This document shows, one piece after another, positions 57,579 through 64,000 of a stretch of DNA of 64,000 nucleotides. Under the pieces are notes generated by a model. The model was not told the origin of the DNA. It did not search any database and saw nothing but the letters and a program-made list of their open reading frames with translations. The stretch covers positions 83,010 to 147,009 of the forward strand of contig CAZQAW010000001.1 in NCBI GenBank assembly GCA_964591445.1, read 5' to 3'. Origin of the DNA: an uncultured Candidatus Saccharibacteria bacterium (GTDB lineage: Bacteria > Patescibacteriota > Minisyncoccia > Phycocordibacterales > UBA9973). Made by a program: the position numbers and the translations under genes. Position 1 is the first letter of the stretch. Each line of letters opens with the position of its first letter.

Positions 57579-57878
57579 ATTAGATTTACTTTTGCGTTTT
57601 TAGTGATAAAACCTAGTGATAAGACGCAAAAAGCCCACCACATAGGTAGAGACCGAAGTCTCTCATATCAGTTTCCCGATACGGCATATCACGCGACCCC
57701 ATATGATGGGTTCTTTATGCGTGATATGACTAACTTTCACCATGCCTTTATTTCTAAAGGTTTAGGCTACTTAAACTATTAACTTGTAAAGAAATTATAC
57801 CTTATTTTTTAAGGTTGCACCATATTAGCTCACATTTAAATATTTGTGTAGTCTAGTTATCAACAGGTTAGTAGCATG

Positions 57879-59381
57879 CTATACGAGCATTTCTTTTTCT
57901 TTTGTAAAATTTATAGCAACTTGTCTATTTTTAACCTTTTCTTTTTCTCCTCTATTAAATCCGTCTTTTACAGCATTTATTATAAAACTCATTTTATAGT
58001 AAGATGTTATTGCAAAGAATATCAAAGTTATTGGTATGACAGAATGATAGGTTCCATGATCGTTTGATTTTGATATTTTTAAAAAATCTTCACATGGAAT
58101 TTCACACATAAAATCCTTAATCAACCCAACTCCTGGTCTCTCTATTTTTTTGTTGCTTTCACGGTCTAAATATTCGACTTTCCATCCATCATTTTCAAAT
58201 TTATTTTTAAGAGCATCAACACTAAGGAAAACCTTAATTTCAAGGCATCCCATCATCATACGAATGCAATCCCTTGGAGAGAAAGGCAAAACAGACTGAG
58301 GGGTTAAATTTCTAGGATACTGGTTATCTTCCATATAAAATGATTCAGTGCTAGATAAATCTATGACTTTACTAGTTTTATTTTTTAACCATTCTGGTCT
58401 ATTATTTCTTGCATTTTTCTTCTTCTGCATAATACTATCAGCATTTTTGTTAGAAATAGAAAGACTATCACTAATTTTATCCCAAGCAGTTATTTCTATA
58501 AAATATCCATCTTCTAATTCTTTTTGTTCAAAACCACTTTTATTGGCTTTTTTAATAATCTTTTTAATTTCACGAACATGAGCTTGTATTTTGATATCAG
58601 AGTTAACAATATCAGCTCTTTTAATAAAATCAGGGGTTCCATCTTCTTTAAATATTGGAATCTCAATGGAATTGTTTATTATTCCCATTTGAGCAATTAA
58701 ATGTCTTTGATCTTGACGGCTAACACCACTAGGTCCATGGTTTTTTATTTTTTCAAAAATATCTGATGTTTCAATTATTTTCTTGCCATCCTTTTTTAGT
58801 TCATAAAGTAAAATTTTTTCATCCTTAGTAATATGAGTTATATCGCCTATACGCAAACAATGAGTTAGATCGTTTATAATATTTATACCGTGTCTGGTAC
58901 TTGTAAATTTAGTAAGAATTTTTGCGTAAGAATTAGAGATAAAGCCAGAACCTTGATTTTCTGAAAGTAATCTAATGACTGGGCGGTTGAAATTTAAAAC
59001 ACGCCAAGCTATACCATCCATTATTGTGTGAAAAATTCTAATCCACTCTTGATAAATAATTATTTTATCTTCAAGATCTTTTTTTGTTTTTTCATCTAAA
59101 TCTAATTTTTTATATTCAATTTTAAATTTCTGTAAATCTTCTTGAAATTTTGGTAAATTCCTTAATGCTCCCATTTGTATTACGCCTATCCAAAAACCGT
59201 TCCTTTTTAAAAAAGGTATACGAGTTCTTTTAAGTAATTTTGTAAAATATCTCAAAAGTTGGGTGTAGTTTTTTGATGACACAAGAGAAATTCTTTTACT
59301 TATATAATCAAGAAATTTCTTTGCATCTTTTTCATTATCGGTAGTTTCCACAATCCAATTATAGCAAAAAGTTACCAACAT
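57879..59381 (-). CDS. Hypothetical 500-aa protein next to the serine recombinase
   Basis: Long ORF; no recognisable motif. Confidence 0.45.
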   Translation of the reverse strand: MLVTFCYNWIVETTDNEKDAKKFLDYISKRISLVSSKNYTQLLRYFTKLLKRTRIPFLKRNGFWIGVIQMGALRNLPKFQEDLQKFKIEYKKLDLDEKTKKDLEDKIIIYQEWIRIFHTIMDGIAWRVLNFNRPVIRLLSENQGSGFISNSYAKILTKFTSTRHGINIINDLTHCLRIGDITHITKDEKILLYELKKDGKKIIETSDIFEKIKNHGPSGVSRQDQRHLIAQMGIINNSIEIPIFKEDGTPDFIKRADIVNSDIKIQAHVREIKKIIKKANKSGFEQKELEDGYFIEITAWDKISDSLSISNKNADSIMQKKKNARNNRPEWLKNKTSKVIDLSSTESFYMEDNQYPRNLTPQSVLPFSPRDCIRMMMGCLEIKVFLSVDALKNKFENDGWKVEYLDRESNKKIERPGVGLIKDFMCEIPCEDFLKISKSNDHGTYHSVIPITLIFFAITSYYKMSFIINAVKDGFNRGEKEKVKNRQVAINFTKEKEMLV

Positions 59382-59437
59382 CTAGAACTCGGGACGCTCT
59401 GGACTCCTAGGGACGGTTGCGTCATTAATGTAGGTAT

Positions 59438-60766
59438 ATGAAAATAGATAACCCAAATCAAGATAAAGGTGTCGAGAAAATTAAGGTCGAACCAAAGAAG
59501 ATCAGGTACTGCCTTTATGCAAGAAAATCAACAGAATCAGAGGAAAGACAAGTCCTTTCCATAGACAGCCAAATCAGCGAGATGCTCCAATTAGCCGATC
59601 GTGAGGGGCTTGAGGTGGTCACCATGAAGCGTGAAAGCCATAGTGCTAAAGAGACTGGACAAAGACCTGTATTTAACGAAATTATTGAAGAAATCAAACA
59701 AGACAAATTTAATGCAATCCTCACTTGGGCACCCGATCGTATTTCAAGAAATGCGGGTGATCTTGGAAAAATAGTAGACTTAATGGATTCAGGTAAACTA
59801 CACATGATAAGAACCTTCGGACAAACATTTGGGAATAATCCTAATGAGAAATTTCTTCTTATGATTCTTGGTTCACAAGCAAAACTAGAAAATGATAACA
59901 GAGGAATAAATGTGAAGAGAGGGTTACGAACGAGAGTAGAGATGGGATTATGGCCTGGGATGGCACCACTTGGCTACTTAAATCAAAAGTTAATGGATAG
60001 GAAGTGTCAGATAGTAATTGATCCAGATAGAGCACCTATTATAAAGAAAATGTTTGAGAAAGTGGTATATGAACACTGGAGTGGAAGAAAGGTATACAAC
60101 TGGTTAAGATTTGATTTAAACTTCTATACTCGAGGAAACAAACCCCTGACACTCTCAGGGGTTTATCGTATCTTTAATATGCCAATCTATTATGGACCAT
60201 TTGAATATCCTAGAAATTCTGATAACTGGTATCAAGGAAGTCATACACCAATAATTACTCAAGAGTTATTTGAAAAAGCTCAGGCACAATTAAAGAGAGA
60301 TAGAATTGTAAGAGAAAATAGAGAGTTTACCTTCACTAAATTATTTACATGTGGAATGTGTAGTTCAGGGATATCCGCTCAAGAAAAATATAAAGAACTT
60401 AAAGATGGAACAACTGCTAAATATGTCTACTACTCTTGTTCAAAATCTAGAGATAGGAATTGTAAAAATAAATACATACGAGAAGAAGAATTGATAGATG
60501 AATTATTTAAAGTAATTGATAAGGTAAGTATTAACGAGCTAGGGATGAGAATAAAACTTGAAGAAGAAATCAAACGATTCAATCGACTTCAAAGATTAGC
60601 AACAAAAGGCACACCAAAATACTCAATAAATGAGGACGATGTAAACACTAGAGAATATGCCAAGTATGTACTTAGAGAAGGCACACCGCTCGAAAAAAGA
60701 GAATTGCTTGGACATTTAAGGAGTAGGTTGATACTGAATGATAAAAAAATCACATTAGTAACTTAA
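59438..60766 (+). CDS. Large serine recombinase (resolvase catalytic domain + recombinase domain + zinc ribbon); putative integrase of the AT-rich island
   Basis: YCLYARKSTESEERQVLSIDSQ (catalytic Ser region), TWAPDRISRN; C-terminal CGMCSSG...YYSCSKSRDRNC zinc ribbon. Confidence 0.85.
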   Translation: MKIDNPNQDKGVEKIKVEPKKIRYCLYARKSTESEERQVLSIDSQISEMLQLADREGLEVVTMKRESHSAKETGQRPVFNEIIEEIKQDKFNAILTWAPDRISRNAGDLGKIVDLMDSGKLHMIRTFGQTFGNNPNEKFLLMILGSQAKLENDNRGINVKRGLRTRVEMGLWPGMAPLGYLNQKLMDRKCQIVIDPDRAPIIKKMFEKVVYEHWSGRKVYNWLRFDLNFYTRGNKPLTLSGVYRIFNMPIYYGPFEYPRNSDNWYQGSHTPIITQELFEKAQAQLKRDRIVRENREFTFTKLFTCGMCSSGISAQEKYKELKDGTTAKYVYYSCSKSRDRNCKNKYIREEELIDELFKVIDKVSINELGMRIKLEEEIKRFNRLQRLATKGTPKYSINEDDVNTREYAKYVLREGTPLEKRELLGHLRSRLILNDKKITLVT

Positions 60767-60812
60767 TACTATAATATTTCAAAAAATCATTGAAAATGGT
60801 AATATTTAATAT

Positions 60813-61493
60813 ATGAAAAAAGTAATTATCTTAGGGGCTAGCGATGGACTTGGTAAGGCAATTGCCAGCTTGTGTATTAATGAAAAGATAGAAGTAATTA
60901 ATATAAGTAGAACACCTTGTGACATATCAGGTGTTACTAATTTTGCTTGTGACTTATCAATAGAAAAAGACATCGATAACGCTGTTAATACTATAAAAGA
61001 GAAACATCGTGATTTTGATGCAATTATAAATTGTGTCGCCATTGTGGCAATGGAAAAGATAAATGAAATTACATATCCTAAATTTGAAAAAGCATTTAAA
61101 ATAAACACGATCGCACCTTTATACTTTTTATCCTCCTTATTTGATAACATTGTAAAAAATGAAGCTGATATATTGAATATTGGCACAACAGCAGATTTAA
61201 AAGCTGGATTTGTTGATCAACTAGCATATACCTCAACTAAATACGGATTAAGGGGTGGTTCATATAACCTTGGGTTAGAATTAGCAAAAACAAAAAGCAG
61301 AATGATATATGTCCACTGTGGTGGGATGAATACACAAATGCATGAAAAAGATTACGGAAAGAAAATAGAAGACCCAGAAGAATGGATGAACCCTAGTGAT
61401 GTAGCTGGTATAGTTTTGTATTTATTAAAGCTACCAAAACAAGTAGAAATAACAGAAATTACTATCAGTCGCAAGAAAAGAAGATTAATGTAA
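60813..61493 (+). CDS. Short-chain dehydrogenase/reductase (SDR)
   Basis: KKVIILGASDGLGKAIA (TGxxxGxG) and YTSTKYGLRG (YxxxK). Confidence 0.75.
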   Translation: MKKVIILGASDGLGKAIASLCINEKIEVINISRTPCDISGVTNFACDLSIEKDIDNAVNTIKEKHRDFDAIINCVAIVAMEKINEITYPKFEKAFKINTIAPLYFLSSLFDNIVKNEADILNIGTTADLKAGFVDQLAYTSTKYGLRGGSYNLGLELAKTKSRMIYVHCGGMNTQMHEKDYGKKIEDPEEWMNPSDVAGIVLYLLKLPKQVEITEITISRKKRRLM

Positions 61494-61508
61494 AAAATAT
61501 AAAATTTT

Positions 61509-61907
61509 ATGATAGAAAATATTTATCCAGAAGATTGGCAACAAACAAGAGGTTTCTATTCACCAGCAAAAAAGATTGATATGGGGAGTTTTTATATGAT
61601 CTATGTATCTGGTCAACAGGTTGGTAAGAATGAAAACAACGAAGCTATAACAGATGATATAGAAGAACAAACAGAGCTTGTTTTTCAGTCAATTGAAAGT
61701 ATATTAAAACCTGCTGGTGCCTCAATGAAAGATGTTGTTAAAGCTCAAATATTTTTGACTGATATAAATGACTTTCCAAAAGTTTCTGCTATTAGAGATA
61801 AATGGTTTGCGGAGAGTAAGCCAGTTAGCACTTTACTTGAAGTTAATGCAATGACTCGCAAAGGTGCAAAGATTGAAATTGAAGTGACTGCAATTATCAA
61901 AAAATAA
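61509..61907 (+). CDS. RidA/YjgF/TdcF-family protein
   Basis: 132 aa; GFYSPAKKIDMGSFYMIYVSGQ...IEVTAI pattern. Confidence 0.6.
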   Translation: MIENIYPEDWQQTRGFYSPAKKIDMGSFYMIYVSGQQVGKNENNEAITDDIEEQTELVFQSIESILKPAGASMKDVVKAQIFLTDINDFPKVSAIRDKWFAESKPVSTLLEVNAMTRKGAKIEIEVTAIIKK

Positions 61908-61911
61908 TATT

Positions 61912-62514
61912 ATGAAATACGAATTTATAGCAGTTGATATACAAAATGATTTTGCGACAGAGGGTGGTAAATTTTATACTTATAAACCCTCAATTACTTT
62001 TCTTAAAGAAAATATTTTTCCTTATCTAAAAGAAAAGAATATAAAAGTAAATGAAATTGTTTCTGATTATAGACAACCTAGACCTGGTGATTACGGTGAG
62101 GGGTGTATCCCTGGAGAGTGGAGCTATGAATCAGTAATGCCTAAAGATTTACAGAAATCATTATGGGTAAAATGCATGAATTCTCCAATATGGATAAGAA
62201 AAAACGGAGGAAATCCTAAAAAGAAAGCTGGTTTACCTTATGCAGACTCTAAAAAGTTTGGTAAATGGATAAAGAAGAATATAGGTAATCGAGAAGATAA
62301 AACACCAGTTATTTTTGGTCTAACTATTGATTGTTGTGTATTGTCTACTGTTCAAGAATTTAGATGGAGAGGTTTTAATCCCATTGTTATTAGAGAAGCA
62401 GTTGATACATCAAATGGAATAATAGAAGATAGAGATATTATATTAGAAAAAACGGCACTTCGTTGGTGGGGTAAAACTATGAATTGGGAAGATTTTAAAA
62501 AACTTATAGATTAA
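61912..62514 (+). CDS. Isochorismatase-family cysteine hydrolase
   Basis: EFIAVDIQNDF and VIFGLTIDCCVLST. Confidence 0.65.
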   Translation: MKYEFIAVDIQNDFATEGGKFYTYKPSITFLKENIFPYLKEKNIKVNEIVSDYRQPRPGDYGEGCIPGEWSYESVMPKDLQKSLWVKCMNSPIWIRKNGGNPKKKAGLPYADSKKFGKWIKKNIGNREDKTPVIFGLTIDCCVLSTVQEFRWRGFNPIVIREAVDTSNGIIEDRDIILEKTALRWWGKTMNWEDFKKLID

Positions 62515-62518
62515 ATTT

Positions 62519-62911
62519 ATGGAAAATTATAGAGGTGTAATAATTGAAGAAAGCCTAGAAAATAAAGAAGTGCTTAAAAAGGTGCAGATTTTGGAAACCG
62601 AGATAAGTGTTGTTACAGAAAAACATAAGACTCCTTGGATCAAACAATGGACATTGCATACTGTTTTAATTCCAGAAAACGAAGCTGAGAGCATAGCTAA
62701 GGAGCTGAGCGTTTCTTTGGATACAGAGCATAATTGGTATGCTGATTATAGAAGTAAAACTCATCATTATATTATTTTTAGGGATAAAGTTTTTTATATA
62801 AACAGAAAGAGTATAGAAGAATATAATAAAGCAAAAGAATACGGTCTTTCTTTGGGTATTCCGTCATATCAAGTAGATTTTCATCCAGATATTAAGGATT
62901 GGGAAAAATAA
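62519..62911 (+). CDS. Hypothetical protein
   Basis: ORF only. Confidence 0.35.
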   Translation: MENYRGVIIEESLENKEVLKKVQILETEISVVTEKHKTPWIKQWTLHTVLIPENEAESIAKELSVSLDTEHNWYADYRSKTHHYIIFRDKVFYINRKSIEEYNKAKEYGLSLGIPSYQVDFHPDIKDWEK

Positions 62912-63399
62912 ATAATATGATTAATCAAAAACAACTTTGTGAATTTTTAGTAAAAGCCAAAAAGGCAGGATACGCCAGTGGAAATAATGCTAACAAACTC
63001 AAAGAAAAGAATAGATCCAAAACGATAACTTTTAAAAGTGGTAATTGGTTGTATTACGACAACTACTTTGGCGGTGAACCGTATGGTGGAGAAGAAATAG
63101 TTTTCTTTAAAAATCAACCAGTTTATATGATGGTTTACTATGGTTCTGTCGATAAATCAGTTAAGGATTTTAAGGAAGTATATAAATGCTTACAAGAAGC
63201 TCTTACTCTCATACTTAAAGATAAACCTTTTCGTGGCCCTAAATTTTATAAGAATGGAAACTATGCGTATAGAAATTGGTTTAATGGAAAAATAGATAAT
63301 TTTTCTGGTATAGAGAAAATATATTTCGGAAAAAAGAAAATTTACGAAGCCAGATATGTCGGTGGCTTAGTTGATCAAAGAAAAGAAAAAAATGGATAA
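62899..63399 (+). CDS. Hypothetical protein
   Basis: ORF only. Confidence 0.35.
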   Translation: MGKINNMINQKQLCEFLVKAKKAGYASGNNANKLKEKNRSKTITFKSGNWLYYDNYFGGEPYGGEEIVFFKNQPVYMMVYYGSVDKSVKDFKEVYKCLQEALTLILKDKPFRGPKFYKNGNYAYRNWFNGKIDNFSGIEKIYFGKKKIYEARYVGGLVDQRKEKNG

Positions 63400-63985
63400 A
63401 AAAACTATAGATACGTATAACCAAATGGCAAAAGAATATGATGATGAAACCATTGATTTTTGGGATAGATTTCCACGAACATTTTTTGATGAATTTATTA
63501 ATTCTGTTAATGGAAAAGTAATAGACATAGGAAGCGGACCTGGTCGTGATGGAATGGTACTTAAAGAAAAAGGATTGGAAGTTGTTTGTTTAGATGCTTC
63601 AGAAGCGATGGTACAACTTTCTAAACAAAAAGGATTGGAATCTATTGTTGGGGATCTATTAAATCTTCCTTTCCCTAATGAGACCTTTAGTGGAGCTTGG
63701 GCATATACATCCTTACTGCATGTTTCAAAGAAAGATGTAGATAAAGCTTTTTCTGAAATAAATAGAATTTTAAATAAAGATGGTATTCTGGGTCTAGGAA
63801 TGATAGAAGGAGAAACTGAAGAATATAGAGAAAGTTCTGGAGTAAATATGCCTCGTCTCTTTAGTTTTTACACAAAAGAAGAATTAGAAACATTATTAAA
63901 CAAACATGGCTTTAAAGTTATATACTTTGAAACTTTTAAACCAGGGAGTAAAAATTACTTAAATTTTATTGCAAAGAAAATATAA
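63371..63985 (+). CDS. Class I SAM-dependent methyltransferase
   Basis: KVIDIGSGPGRDG (motif I), VVCLDASEAM, LLHVSKKD. Confidence 0.75.
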   Translation: MIKEKKKMDKKTIDTYNQMAKEYDDETIDFWDRFPRTFFDEFINSVNGKVIDIGSGPGRDGMVLKEKGLEVVCLDASEAMVQLSKQKGLESIVGDLLNLPFPNETFSGAWAYTSLLHVSKKDVDKAFSEINRILNKDGILGLGMIEGETEEYRESSGVNMPRLFSFYTKEELETLLNKHGFKVIYFETFKPGSKNYLNFIAKKI

Positions 63986-64000
63986 AAAATATGCAAACCA

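Larger units (their letters stand above)
47140..64000. mobile_element. AT-rich genomic island / putative integrative element, right end beyond the window. It carries the ParB-MTase, the orphan MTase, the DGR, a secreted nuclease, the serine integrase and enzyme cargo.
   Basis: Abrupt drop in GC at about 47.2 kb after a palindromic junction (gggtatggtacccgtggg); island coding strand is mostly plus; large serine recombinase at 59438. Confidence 0.5.

Noticed and set aside
1-64000. CRISPR arrays and rRNA genes
   Set aside because: No array of regularly spaced direct repeats and no 16S/23S/5S-like conserved stretches were seen. The only regular repeats are the DGR VR/TR pair, the two-hairpin element family and coding repeats inside the giant surface-protein gene.

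Overview
This 64-kb window looks like a low-GC, small-genome bacterium, probably of the CPR/Patescibacteria type. Evidence for that: many minus-strand housekeeping genes, a compact type IV pilus locus, monomeric-type aaRS variants and several domain fusions. The first ~47 kb is chromosomal backbone and the last ~17 kb is an AT-rich island.

Backbone (1-47 kb):
- A CapA-like/M15 peptidase fusion (5' partial).
- An operon on the minus strand: rpmF, a NusB-NUDIX fusion, rnc and a short SMC.
- tRNA-Thr, then a second tRNA cluster (Asp, Met/CAT, initiator-like CAT) flanked by AT-rich orphan ORFs.
- An Nramp transporter, a DEAD-box helicase, thrS lacking the TGS domain, gyrB, and a pheS carrying a C-terminal FDX-ACB anticodon-binding domain.
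- A DUF559 gene bracketed by inverted copies of a two-hairpin repeat that also occurs near tRNA-Thr.
- A PAS histidine kinase, five pilin genes (one a large LVIVD beta-propeller pilin), pilC, pilB and an orphan receiver-domain response regulator, all contiguous.
- TrhO, an ATL-like protein, a UvrD-like helicase with a PD-(D/E)xK nuclease domain, DoxX, NDH-2, and a 2043-aa surface protein (PhoD phosphatase + Gly-rich beta-helix repeats + 3 FN3 + 2 peptidoglycan-binding repeats).
- An RCC1-repeat protein, an MFS transporter, Ogt, an S9-type hydrolase and an HD-domain hydrolase.

AT-rich island (from ~47.2 kb to the window end):
- A ParB-like/DNA-methyltransferase fusion and a second orphan methyltransferase.
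- A complete diversity-generating retroelement (DGR): target gene with a C-terminal VR, a 131-bp TR whose 15 mismatches to VR all sit at TR adenines, an Avd-like four-helix-bundle gene, and a reverse transcriptase with IGxxxSQ and YxDD motifs.
- A membrane-anchored thermonuclease, a large serine recombinase and small-molecule enzyme cargo (SDR, RidA, isochorismatase-like, SAM-MTase).

No CRISPR array and no rRNA genes were seen. Coordinates for minus-strand features may be off by 1-3 nt.
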